Shown here: piece by piece, positions 39,740 to 52,700 of the stretch
How positions within the stretch are numbered: the stretch's first letter is position 1
How the letters are laid out: each line of letters begins with the position of its first letter
Origin: Amoebophrya sp. A120
Lineage: Eukaryota; Protista; Dinoflagellata
Length of the DNA: 64,000 bases
Direction: 5' to 3'
Assembly: GCA_905178155.1 (NCBI GenBank)
Contig: CAJINV010000001.1
Coordinates: forward strand, 16,368,142 to 16,432,141
Notes under the pieces: model-generated
What the model saw: the letters and a program-made list of their open reading frames with translations, nothing else
Database searches by the model: none
Told to the model about the DNA's origin: nothing
Made by a program: the position numbers and the translations under genes

Positions 39740-40570
39740 CTGCGAGAAATAAGTAGCGATTTCTGTACTTGTGCTGTTATGCAAATCGAGACAACATCTC
39801 TCAGTTGCAGTACTTACTCACACAATGTTCCACTTCTGCCACCTCTGCAATTCGATGACGATGGGGTTCCATTTATCAACGATCCTATATCATTTGCAAA
39901 ACGGCGCACACACAGAATTTGAAAATTGAAAAAGCACGGCAACAGATCAGTGTTTAGAGAGCCTCGTTGTGTTCGTCAGAGATCGTCAAGCACAGAGACG
40001 GAACAATGCCTGAGCTAGAGCACATTGAAAGTGCTTGGTCGATTTCGTCTCGTCGTGCTCGCAACCTCGATTTGCTTCCGATGCTCGCACTAGCCCTTCT
40101 CGTTCTGAGCGCCTGTTCCTTGTGGTGATTGCTGATATCTATGCTTCTTGGTTGTTTAAAACGATTACGATAAAGGTGACACCTCAACATGATTACAATG
40201 ATTCAATCTCTTGCTCGTTAAAGGCGGAAGTTCTTGAAGGCAAGGTTTTTTTTGAAACATAAGCCTTTGTTTCTATTGAACCAGCACGTCGCTCGTCCTA
40301 GGAATAGACAACGCTAGAATTCTACTCCGAATCAATCGGACGGGACGATAATCGAGCACCTGCTGTACTGCATAGTATCCGTCGAACCAACGACTCCCGC
40401 GAGAAACCTGCAGTGCGGCGACTTCGGTTGTGCCGAAGCGCTCATCGGGGGACTCCGCTTCCTCCAGCGGGCATAATGCGGCTGCAATCACTCTTCCCCC
40501 TGTGATTGTTTGCATGTTGAGGCATCGATAACACGCCACGAACAAGCAGGAGTTCACAAGCACAGGCGAG

Positions 40571-43500
40571 ATGGCGGTGCAGCCCGCGGCGCACCTGAAT
40601 CCGGACGTCTGCTTCGCAGTGCTCCATGAATGGGTGCGGCTGAGCATCGCCCCGAGCGCCACCTTTCAGCAGGTGAAGTCGGGAGAGCTGGCTCGCTACG
40701 TGTACAACCGACTTTCGGGGAAGAACGCGGCTAGCCTGAAGGACTTGTGCTACGAGCTCGGTGACCAGGAAAATGTGCCGCGGGAAGCCGATTCCGAGGA
40801 GGAACGCAGTGCGAAAATCTTGCAGATTTGGAGCAACACGCTGAGCCTGGTGGTCACCGATTTCGACACGGAGGACGAGAAGTATTCCACCGAGGTACAG
40901 TCGTTGGACGACGAGAAACAGATCCTGTTGATGGACATGGTGGAGCCCTACCTCGAGAAGCAGGACGAGGAGAATCAAAATTACCAGGACGAGGAAAACG
41001 GAGATAACGAAATGGGAATACCGATCCCACCACCAAAATTGCAGGCACAGGTGGTTCACACAAACACCTCCACGTCGACCACTGCTGTGGCAGACAACAC
41101 GGGCAGGAATAATGGAAGAGAACCGGAGGACTTGCCCGACTTCGCGACTCCGGTGTCGGATTCCCACCGCATGCAGGTCTGCGGCGGTGCCGGGGTACTA
41201 GACAAAGAGATCAAAGCAACCGGCTTCTTTCGGGACGGCACAGAAGATCGCAAGAAGCAGCACGGCGGCGGGGGAGTGTTCAATCACGCCCCATTCGGTG
41301 ATAATCAGGGAGCAGCAGGCTCTTGCCAGGACGAAGTCATGAGCGACCGCATTGGCGAGACCAATTTCGCAGGTCCGAGAACGTCTCCCAGAAGTAGGAC
41401 GGCTACTTCCGGTTACAACAAGTTCCTCCAGCAACGCGACGAATTCGACGCCGGGCCACGAATGGCCGCCGGTGGCGTCCTTGTGGGAAATCAGCCGTCT
41501 GCTTCTTCGAAGTCCCCGCGAGCGCTTGTTCCCAGTCCGCATAGTACAAATTTGGCGACCGCGGAGGGCTCCGGATCCGCCACCGCACGGGAGCCGGCGC
41601 AGCAGCGGGCGAGCTTGAAGGAGAGGGACCTGCAAATCCAGTCGCTGCAAGCGGAGGTTGCGCGGCTAAAGAAGGACACCGCCGGGCGGACGCAAGCCGC
41701 CAACCTACTGATGGACGCGGAGTTTGACGGAGCCATTGAACGGCAGGAGCTAGCGCGCAATCTGCAGAGCGCCAAGGAAAAAATCAAATCCCTCGAGGAC
41801 AAGTACATCGCCCTGGAAAAGGTGAACGCAACGCAGCTGGAAAAGCTGCAGGACCTTGACCGGCTGCGCGAAGTGGGCGAAGAAGCGGCTGCGAGCAAGA
41901 GAAAAGTGGAAAACTTGAACGCCAAGGTAGCGGAGCTCAATGCCGAAAGAGCGCAGTTTTTGACCGACCGACACAGGATTAAGCAGCTGGAAGTCGTATT
42001 GCATTGCTTTTTTCGTCGGCATTAACTAGTGTTTGCATCAACGTTTAAGACTTGCATTTGGGGTGCTGAGCTTTCTCCTTCATAAAAAAGATCGAAATCA
42101 GCCACAAATAAAAGAGGATCTGAACGCAATTGACATTGATAAACAGGAACTGCAAACGCTGTCGCAGGAGTATCAGAAGCTGCAGGAAAATGAAAAGATC
42201 GCGGACACCTTGCGGGAGAAAAATGCTCATTCGCAGTCTACCGTCGCGCGATTGGAGGAACAGATACGGGCACTCGAGCAAAAGGCGAGAGACGCAGCGG
42301 AAGCGGCAGACCAAATGAAGCAGATTAATGAGGAGACCACAGGAAGTACAAATAGAGCTCAATTTGTTACTTGTTGTTTCTTTTTTCGCATAGAAACGCA
42401 GCATCTCTAGCTTACGCGAACCTGAAGATGTCGTGTGAGCTTTCATATCACCTTGCAGAGACGCAGTGATGCTTTGTGAAAAATTTTCAAATTCGCCCTA
42501 GGTGTCCGCATGCTGCAATCAAGCAAGGAAGAGGAGTTGTTCGCCGCCGAAGGTCGGCGTCGCGAAGCCCTGGCGGAGCAGCGCGCGCGCTTCGAGGCGG
42601 ACATCCGAAAGTTGGAGGAAAAACTGAAGACCGTCGAGAAGGAGCACGCGGAGGAGGTGCAGCGCCTCGAGCAAAGCCACGTTGGGGAGCGGGACGCACT
42701 GAAGGACCATTTGGAAAAAAAGGAGAGTCTCATTCTCGAGCGGAAGCAGGCACTGTTGGACGCCGAAAACCACCATGCGCAGGAGATTCGGCGGCTGCAG
42801 ACGGAACACCTGCAAGCTTGTGATCGCCTTCGGAATGACCTAGGAAGAGACCAATCAAGCTCAGTAATTTTATACTCTTTGTTCCGCCGCACTGGCACAC
42901 GTGCTTGAGAAACCTTATTTGTTCACTAGTGTACTGTATTCTGTTTCTGCATCTGCTCTGTGAGTCTGACAACCGTTAACGTATCTCTTTCCCACAGGAA
43001 ACGCGACTCCGCGAAGAGCTTGAAGAACGGCATGCGAAGGCGCTGAAGATCGCGGAGGACGGATTTGCGGCCGACCGTAGCCGTTTGGAAAAGCGCATAA
43101 AAGCCTTGGAGGAAAACATTGAAGCAGTCACAGCTGATCTGCAGGCCGAGCGGCGGAACCGAGCTCGCGAGGTGGACGAATTGCGCAATGAGGGCGACAA
43201 AAGCGAAAAGGAATTGATTGCGACTTGGCAACAACGGGTTGACGATGCCAACCAGCGGCTGGAGAACGAGCAGGAGCGCATGCGGCAGGCGGAGAAAAAC
43301 GTGGAACAGAAATGGAACGAACAATGCATGAACCTGCGCAACCAGTACGCGCAGGATCTAGCAACCAATATAGCCGCGGCTCGCACGGAATGGGTGGAAA
43401 AAGAACGCAGCTTCAAGACGGAGGCGCAAGAAATTGTGGCCAAGGCCGAGGCCGAGTACCGGCGCTTGAAAGACGAAAACGAGAGGACTAAAGGTGAACT

Positions 43501-45280
43501 CACGGCGCAGCTGACAGCCGCGCTGGCGGAGGTGGAAAAAGTAAAACAGGAGCAGCACAACGAGCGCGACAAGCTGGTACTGAAACACCAACGCGATGCG
43601 CAAGATAATCGCAGTAAAGCGGAAGAAGTGCTCAAAGATCTAAAGGAGAGGCACCAAAAGGAGCTGGAAAGCCAGAAGAAGCAGCTAGAAAGCGAGCTGG
43701 GGAACCGGCAGCGCGTCGAAGTCGAGAAAGCCCGGGATGCTGAAAACGAAAAAATGCAAGACCTCCGGAAACAGCACGAAATCGATGTTGCCGAGCTGGT
43801 GGAAACAATTCAGGGTCTGCGCACCCAGCTGACCGAGAAGGACCAGCGTCTCGTGCAAGCGGAGGTATTTCTGAACTTTTTTTCTGTTTTACTTTCTTTC
43901 AGTGCCTCGACTGCCCACACCAAAAGATTTAGATTGAAGTCGATCACTATGACTGATGGCATACATCTTTGCGCGAGTGAATTGAACCTGAAAGTAGAAA
44001 CAAGAACTTACAAAACAGAAAGAGCATGCAGAGACGCGGAATTCGTTGGAGTTGCAGCAGAGCGAGGCGAGCAACAGTGCGTTTACCACGCTGCGAAGCA
44101 AGTGCGACTCTCTGAAAGAGGAGCTGAGTCAGAAGAAGGACGAAAACGCGCAACTCCAGCTGGATAACGAGGAGGCCAATCTGAAACTGAAGTGCGTCAT
44201 GGAAACTAGTCAGAAGGAGAAGCAGCAGCTTCTAGCGGAAAGGGAGGACCTGGCGAGCAGACTCGCACACGCCGACGAGAAGGTTCTCCAGACCGAGGCA
44301 CGGTGCCGACTGCAGCGGGAGCAGGCGCACGCGGCGAAGCACGGCATTCAAAGCATGCAGGTGTTGGACACGCTGCGCGGCCGGCAGCTCGCGGAGGCGC
44401 AAAGTGGCGCCACGGACTGGCAGGAAAAGTATCGAACCCTGCATGAGGCCTTTAAGGAGCTGTCCACTGCGTTCGAGCAAGACAAGGCCGCGCGGGAACG
44501 GCCTGCTCAGTTGGGCGACGTGGCTGCCATCAACCACGACCTGCTCGAGGAAAACATTCGGCTGAAAAAAGAAAAGAAAGATGTGGTATCGAGTGTTTTG
44601 GAAACGTGATGCGATTCACCTATTTTTCGTGGCTTCTAGTACCTTTTGATGCTTCGAAATTTTGCAACTTACACAAGACCTGGATTCCGAACCTCCGCAG
44701 CAGAAGTTTTCGAGTTTTTTGTTGCCCAAAAAATCTTCAGCTTGTGCGGCACGCCGCGCAGCTCCGGTCCCTTGGCGTGGCAGCGACAACAACTCCCGCG
44801 AGCGGAGCGAACACGCAGCTCCTTGAGGAACCGGACGACAAAACAAACCCAGCCGCCATGGATTGCGACGTTGCGGCGACCGGCTCTGCACCTGAAGGCA
44901 CTTCTTCCGCTGCTCCGCGTGGTCGCAGTACTGCTGCGTCTAAAAATCTTCCCGGAAGTAGTGGATCTTCGTCCAGCGCCGGCGGAACTGGTTCCATCCT
45001 CAAAACAAACAAGGTCGTCGCGCTTTCCTCGAACACCGGCGGCGCGGACCTGCAAGAGCGAGAAATAAACAGCCACCAATACGAGTTCGAGCAGAAGGAC
45101 GTGCCGAAGGTTTTGGAAGAGAAAAACTCACATAACGATATGCTCGGCTATCCGCCACGCGGCCTTCCGGTCAAGCGCGAACTCGGGGCTCACGAACGCA
45201 CCGACAGTGCAGAAAAGAGGATGAAAATGACCACCGGTGCGCACAAAGAGGATGGCCAAGGACAGTGCGCGCAGCAATGA
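40571..45280 (+). CDS. Long coiled-coil protein with a globular (Hook/CH-like?) N-terminus and C-terminal CaaX (CAQQ), 6 exons
   Basis: Heptad-rich exons joined by introns 41993-~42101/42116, 42346-42501, 42864-42997, 43865-44018 and 44586-44740; the protein ends GQCAQQ*. Confidence 0.7.
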
Positions 45281-46148
45281 CTCCTTATTCATTATCCTTT
45301 CTTCTTACCACCAAAAGTTATGCAAACTCTTACATAGACTTTACTTTTCGTTGAGAACCAAAAATGTCTTGTAATCAAAAAGCTCAAATTGATTATTCTT
45401 GTTTTTCCGAAATTGTAATTACGTGCTTCTAGAATTTAACTCAATCGTAGTCTCTCTTGTGATCATTCTAGTAAGTCTATGTTTCTGGAGTTGGTTGCTG
45501 CAGCGGACGGCCTGTCTGCCAGCAGCACTCTCCAAGCTGCAAATTTAGGTATCATTTTCTTGTTCCAAAATCAACTAAACTAAAACCTCAACGTTACTTT
45601 ACTCATTAAACATTGTCAGCTTACGCCTGCCCGGTGTTAAGACCCAAAAATCAATCTAATCGCGTGTTGCAAGACTTTAATCACCATCGCATTGGTGGCC
45701 ATTGGTACGTTTATTCGCGCAGACATTTTGAGTGCTCCGACCCTCCGGTACGCAGGAGGACATGCAGTATTTGCAATCGTAGATGTTGGCTTACGTAGTA
45801 GCAATCGAATCTTCTGGTTGACGTCTTCAGCGCCGTATTGTAAAGAAAAATAAGGACCAGTGAATCAATTAGCGCAGTAAAGACGAAAAAGCAACTGTTT
45901 GCATTGAAATGATTCTGTTCGCACAGAGATCCGCATGTTATTTTTCTTCGGATCACTCAAAGCGAAGGCGAACACGCTTTCGCTACTGCAGATGCAAGCT
46001 GGGGATCACGAAGTGAGTACAGTCTTGCTTGACCACAATATTAAGTTGCTGCGCGATCATTCTGTATAACACAGAGAATCTCAATCTTCCAACTCTAATG
46101 CCTTCCTTCCTTCTTAATTCTTCTCTGCTTTTCGTTCTGCATAGCAAG

Positions 46149-46595
46149 CTCCATTCCACAGGCAGTTTCTTACGTGCAAGGAAAACGCGATGTTTTAGAT
46201 TTCTAAAAGCGATGTAGTATTTTTGTTTTTGTTTACTTCAAATGCAATTAAGATCGATCTGCACCCTGTCGGCAAACGGGGTGCAGGTTTAGGCCGGTGC
46301 TTAAGGCGATAGGTGAAGACGTACACCACCAGCAGACCGCAAGAGCCCAAACATGAAAAAACTCGCTCTCATTTTCGCTTATGCTTTTTCCTATGCAAAT
46401 CTGTCACGCTATCTTGCCTCTCTGCACACAACTGACATCTCTTGCTTCTCGCTCTTGCCCTTTTTCACAATCACTTCCCGTTCCATTCCACAGGCCGAAG
46501 TTCATGAGCAAGGAGTTTTGATCTAAAAGCCGTATCAGATATAGATTAGCTATGTTTTTGTTGTTGTTTTAGTTTACTTCATATGCAGAATTGAT
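46149..46595. repeat. Degenerate intergenic direct repeat (~330-bp spacing)
   Basis: The blocks TCCATTCCACAGGC, TCTAAAAGC and GTTTACTTCA.ATGCA occur in the same order near 46150-46250 and 46482-46590. Confidence 0.55.
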
Positions 46596-46712
46596 GTATT
46601 TCTATCAAATCTCTATTCCAACTCTAAGTCGGATCCATTCAAATTTATGTTGTCGTGTAACCCTTTATTTGACTTCGGTGAGAAACATTACTAACGTTGA
46701 CTTACGACTCCC

Positions 46713-49700
46713 ATGATGCCGTCGTCTTCCTCGTCATCGTCCTCAGCCCTCATGAAGCGGCCACGCCCCCAATTCAATGACATATTTTCCGACCCATTCT
46801 TCAACGACGAGACTGCGGGCGCACCCAAGCGACACAAAACCATCGGGGAACAGCTTCGCCGCCCCGAGCGGTGGATTTTCCCGGGAAGAAGGGACCCGCG
46901 CGTGGAAACCGAAAAGGGCAGCCACGACTTCGAAGCAGCCCGGGATGGTTATCATGCGAGTGATGCCAAGGGAGAAGTGCTCGCGCGCTACGGTTTCAAC
47001 CTCGCGCTACGATGCCACCCGCATCCCTGCGCCATCTCGGAGACCCGCACCACGCACGTGGCGATTCCGGAGGACTTCGAGCTGCGTGTCCCTCGGGAAT
47101 TGATGGAGCGCGGGGTTTTGTCGTCCACACAGATCGAGACCATCACCCTAGCGGCGCTACGGACGGCGGACGTAAAGGCGCCCGCGAGCACTGCTGTCGT
47201 GCTGTCCAACGGGAGCGACGCGGGCAATAAAGTTATGGTTTGTGTGATGAGGAGGCAACACGGGCCTAGCGAAGCGGCCCGGGGTGCCGAGGAGGGAACA
47301 CAAAGCGGATTTTTATATAAATAGTATGCTCTGCCTCCGTCTGTCGCCACGGTCCCGGGAAGACCTTAAACTCGAGGCCATTCAGTTCACATTTTCAAGC
47401 TTTCATCTAGGCCTGCTGCCGTTTCGACACTCTTCACTTCAATCTTTCAGCTCGTCCAGCCTGGCTGGCCAACAATGTACCGCCCGTTTTCATGGCTGGC
47501 CAATGTACTGGCTGGTATCGGTTTCTGCCCGTTTTTCAGGGTATCAGTTTCTGCCCGTTTCAGGGTATCAGCTCCTGCCCGTTTCAGGGTGTCAGTTTCT
47601 GCCCGTTTCAGGGTATCAGTTTGTTTCTGCCCGTTGCAGGGCATCATTTTGTTTCTGCCCGTTATCAGGGTATCAGTTTCTGCCCGTTTCCGGGTATCAG
47701 TTTCTGCCCGTTTCAGGGTGTCAGTTTCTGCCCGTTTCAGGGTATCAGTTTGTTTCTGCCCGTTGCAGGGCATCAGCTTGTTTCTGCCCGTTTCAGGGTG
47801 TGAGTTTCTACCCGTTTCGGGGTATCAGTTTCTGCCCGTTTCAGGGTGTCAGTTCCTGCCCGTTTCAGGGTATCAGTTTGCTTTTGCCCGTTGCAGGGCA
47901 TCAGTATGTTTCTACCCGTTTCAGGGTATGAGTTTTCTACCCTTTTCAGGGCATTAGTTTGTTTTTGCCCGTTTCAGGGTATCAGTTTCATCTGCCCTTT
48001 TCAGGGTATAGACTTCTGCCTGCTTCAGGGTTATCACTCAGTTTCCGCTCGTCTCAGGGACCGACCTCTGCCCATTTCAGGGTATTGGCTTGTGCTCGCG
48101 TGAGGATATCTTTTTCGGCCCGTTTCTGGGGCCAGTTTTCTGCCCGAGTCAGGGTATCGTATCGGGCTTCTGTTCATCTTGTCGGGCTTGGGGAGCGCCT
48201 TCTGTTCATCTTGTCGGGCTTGCAGTAGCCGCACACAAATGCGCTACGTCTTTCAATGCCTTCCGAAGCCCCTTGCGATTGCTGACGCTGGCCTGCTGCT
48301 AGTCTGTAAATGTATCAATGGTCAAACTACCCCCCCTGCGGGCGTCTGAACTCGAGCCATTGGCAAGGCTCTACGGTACGAGTCTGCTTGCGTCTGCTCA
48401 CCAGGCAGTATGAAAGACGCCTGGCGGATTCTCTTCACGTTCGATACTCGTCACGACGCCGGCCTCTGTGTGGGTCCTGTGTTTGCTGCTGCGGCACAAA
48501 TACGGCGACCACCATTGGATGGTGTAGTGACAGCTCGTTCGCATTCCTCGTCTGCGCCGGCCTCAACATTTTCCACGCGGATCGTGTTGCGCAGCGAAGG
48601 TTTTTGCAGCATAGTGCAACACCTGCGCACTACATTTTGTTTCGTGTGGCCTGGGCTGTTCGATACTTTTGCCCTGAGGTTTTGAAGTTTCTTGCTTCGT
48701 GCCTGGTTCTATTGCCGTTGGTGGGCCTCGCTGCGGGCGCTTGCATCTAGTTGATGACCTTCGCGGAAATTGGGTATCTGCACCGTCTTGCCTGTTGATG
48801 TAGCGCCTGTGCGCCGTCTCTTGGAGGCCTGTTACCGACAGCATTCTTGTTGCTGTTCGTTCTATCACATTTCCTTTGGGTGTGTTTTTTTTTTTCAAGT
48901 TGTTAATGCTAGCATTCGCACACCCGTACCTGCGCTGACGCTGACCGAGGGCTTTATACACGTAGCCCGCGTCTGGTCCTGAAAAGCCCCTGTGGGTATT
49001 TCTGTCTCTCCCGTCGCCTGTGTGCAGATCATCAAATGGTCTTTCCTACCTTCATCTAGTGTCACACGGCTGCGGATGCGCTTGCCGCTTACCTGCTCCA
49101 GAGCCTGTTTCTCTTGTAAATTCTTTGGAAAGTTCCGTAGTGCGCGACGGGCCCTCAAATCTATTCCTCTTTTCTTTTTCTTTGTGCTTCTGTTGCTCCG
49201 TATTAAAGCGAAGTGATGCTTCTTTACTGCTATACATGTCGCAACCCGCGCTGTGGGCGCTCTTCGCTTTCATACTGCGCAACCTCGCACCAACGGGCCT
49301 CTCTTGCTCCGCCATCGGGGTTGTCAGCTTTTTCGGTCTGGCGACCCGCGTTCGCTAGCTCGGCCCGTTGTTGTCTCCGACAGATTATGTTATAAAGGCG
49401 CCCGCGAGCACTGCTGTCGTGCTGTCCAACGGGAGCGACGCGGGCAATAAACAAGTGGGTAAGCACAAGGGGCCGCTACAGATACAGCAAAAGTTACCTG
49501 CGACCGACACCCCGCGAGACAAAAACTACACCAAAGGCTTTTTAATTGGCGAGGGCACGGGCTGCGGTAAAGGCCGCATGATTGTCGGAGTGATGCTGCA
49601 CTACTGGAATCACGGACACCGGAGGCACGTGTGGGTCAGCAAGAACCTGCCACTGTACCAGGACGCGCTTCGGGACATGAAAGACATGCAGGCCCCGGAG

Positions 49701-52700
49701 CAAATGCGATTGATCCCAGCGGCCGAGTTCCGACGCATCCAGCGTAATCATGACTGTGGCGATGGTGTGGTGTTTGTGAGTTACCAATGGCTCACGAAGA
49801 AGGACAACAAGGTACTCCTTTCTGAATGGTTCAACAGGAATCACAGGCACTCCGGCGGAGCTAGTGCGAAGGGGGCGCAGTCCAACCAGCCGTCTTCAAA
49901 AGCAGCTTCCGGGAGCTCCTTGCTCGACCCTTCGAAAGGCGCCCGGGAAACGATACTTCCCTCGCAAGACGAACAAGGAACTTTTTTTGGCCGCGGCGTC
50001 CTCGCCTTTGATGAGGGTCACGCAGCGAAAAACTTACGCCTTCAATACCTGGGAACAAGCGAGATAGACGAGTTGCGGAGTTCGAAGAATGGTACGGATT
50101 TCTGTCGCTGAAAAGCTCCTTTGACGAGGACACGAAAACCAAATTATTTTTTGTACGCGTATGATTCAACGACGACATGCATGATAATGCTTCATAATCA
50201 TTTTCCCTAAGGTATTGCGGTGTACGAAATCCAGATGTCTCTGCTGCAGGGCGCGCGGGTGTTATACGTGTCTGCAACGGCAGCGACAGAGGTGCATGAT
50301 CTGGCCTACATGCCGCGACTCGGGGCCTGGGACAACGCAGGCTTCAACACGTTGACCAACCTGCTCGACGGCCAGGGCCTGCCGGCGATGCAAGCGTTGA
50401 ACTGGCAGCTTCGTGCGAGCGGCGCGGCGAGCTTCCGTCGGCTCAGCCTGGATGGAATTAACTTCGACCTCGTTGGCGCCGACGGGGCAGCGGGAACCAC
50501 CTTGTCGAGAGAGTTGTATGGCAAGTGCGTGACCCTGATCGAAGACACCTGGAGCCTGTTTCTGCTGTTTTTCCAGGCGAATTCCGAGGCGTACGTGGCT
50601 AAGGCCATGCACCGCAACCCGATGCGGTTCCGGTTGCTGAAGGAGGGCTTTGCGGAGGTGCTGCTGACGGAGTACAAGGCGATGTGGGCCGGCTGCAAGC
50701 AACGGTTCTGGAAGCAGTTCGTCGTGTGCGACAAGCTGCCCACCGCGGTTGCCCTGGCAAAGAGGCTGCTTGCGGAAAAGAAGCAGGTGGTCATTTCCCT
50801 GTGGGCCACGGGGGAGGCCGCCGCTGAAACGGCGCGACAGCTGCTAGCGTCGTCTTCCTCGGGGGAGGGAGGCGCAACCGAAGACGAGGTAGATGACGAC
50901 GCAGCTTCTTCGCGGCCCAGTCTACCCGCCGATGACGAGGAGGACGACGGGTTTCTGGAGGCTTTTCAAGACCCCACCCGACCCTTTTCTCTCTGCGAGG
51001 CCGCGATGTGCAACTTTCTGCGCAACCATTGCTTCGATTCCTTCGATTTGGAAACGGGAGAGTCCGGGTTGATAAACGAGCAAAACGTCCGGAGTCAGAA
51101 GGACCTGATGGAAAGGTGGCGGGCCTTACAGCTTCCGCAGAACGCACTGGACCAGATCGTCAACGAGTTCGGTCCCGACAATATAGCGGAAATCTCTGGT
51201 CGCCGGCGGCGCTTCATCAAGCAACTCGACGCGGATGGGGAGAGGATTGTGTACAGGCGCGAAGAGCGCGCCGCTCCTGACCAAGCAAACCTTAGCGGCA
51301 TTAAGGAATTCCAGGATGGCACGAGGAAAATCGCAACTATCACGGATGCCGGCTCCACGGGTGTCTCTTTGCACGCAGCGGGCCGAGATGCCGCTCCGCG
51401 ACACATGATCATTCTCGAATTTCCCTGGGCGGCCGATAAGTTTACGCAACAAATCGGACGCATTCACCGCTCTGGCCAGAATAGGCTGCCGTCGTACACG
51501 CTGGTGAAGTCGCAGTACGCTATCGTGGATGCGCGGTTCGTTTCGGCGCTCGCGCGGCGGGCAAAGTCGCTGGGAGCCATCACGAGGGGACAAACTGAAT
51601 TCGGTCCGTCCAAGCTGGATGCGCTGCTGGAGGAGAACAACTTTGCACACGAATTTGGCGAACGCGCGGTAGAGAAGTTGGTTGAGGAGCTAAAAGGCAC
51701 GTACCCGGATATGAAGCAGTCCTGCGACGTGAGATCCAAGCCGGGAAATAGGGCGAGAAGCAGGGTGACCCGATTTTTCAACATGTTGCCCTCCTACCCA
51801 CTCACGGAACAGGAGGAAATTTATCAGCGCTTTCTGGCGATCCTGGCATCGCTCGAGTCCGCCCCGATGCTGAACCACGACGGCACAAAAACGCTCACGT
51901 CGCCGAAGAAATGCAAAAACCAAGTTGCGGATCTATCACCCCCGCGGCCACTGGCTGCGGCCCAGAGCAGCAGCAGTGGCGAGAGTGACCTAGAAAAGGT
52001 CCGCGCAGATCTTGCGAAAAAGAGCAAGGGCGTCCTGAAAATTAAACGACGGGAAAGAGTGGCAGAGGAACTTGCTCCATTAAGCTATGTCGCTTCAGTA
52101 GTTTGCGATGAACCCCTGCTGGAACAAGCGCCGGACTTCAAACTTGGGGGAGAACACGCCCAACAACCCGCAGAGAAGAACCCGTCCCCTGTCACACCTC
52201 CAAATAAGCCTGATGCTGCGGCCGCGCCGTCACAACTTCGCGCACCGGATCTCAGTGCGTTGATCCAGGGTGCCACGACCATTTTTACAAAAAGTGACGC
52301 GCCACACGCCTACTGGTCTGAAAGCAAGAATAACGAGACCGGGGCGACGGTGTACGAGGCAAAGTTGCTCTGCGGCTGTTTTCTTCCATTTTTCGTCGAC
52401 ATCTACCGCGCCCTCTGCGAAATCCCGAATTTTGAAGTGCGGTATTGCCGCTTTCGCGACACGGTCACCACCGGCGCCACGCACTGCTACGAGTACGGAC
52501 TTCTGCTGCCCACCTCGTGGACCCTGGATACGGTACGAGGCGTGATGGAAACCGCAAAGAGCCGGAAGACGGGCGTGGTCGAGGAGAAGTTGGCGGGCAC
52601 GCGGGCGCACCGCGCCCGGATGGACGGCGACCAGAAGCAACTGCTCTCCGCAGAGCTGGACGGCATCAAGCAGGCCGGGGGTCTATTCATTGAAGAGGAC

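Noticed and set aside
42843-42997. Non-canonical GG-AG intron at an AGGAA repeat
   Set aside because: An in-phase canonical GTAATT donor at 42864 explains the junction.
47515-48160. CRISPR-like periodicity
   Set aside because: The units are contiguous with no unique spacers, and the context is eukaryotic.
47284-48234. Repetitive ORFs (LPVSGYQF, RFRVSVSA) in several frames
   Set aside because: They are translations of the 24-bp minisatellite, not credible genes.
48900-48975. Minus-strand GYVYKA...RYG as a GIY-YIG (Penelope) endonuclease remnant
   Set aside because: Too short; there is no YIG-T motif and no reverse transcriptase motifs nearby.
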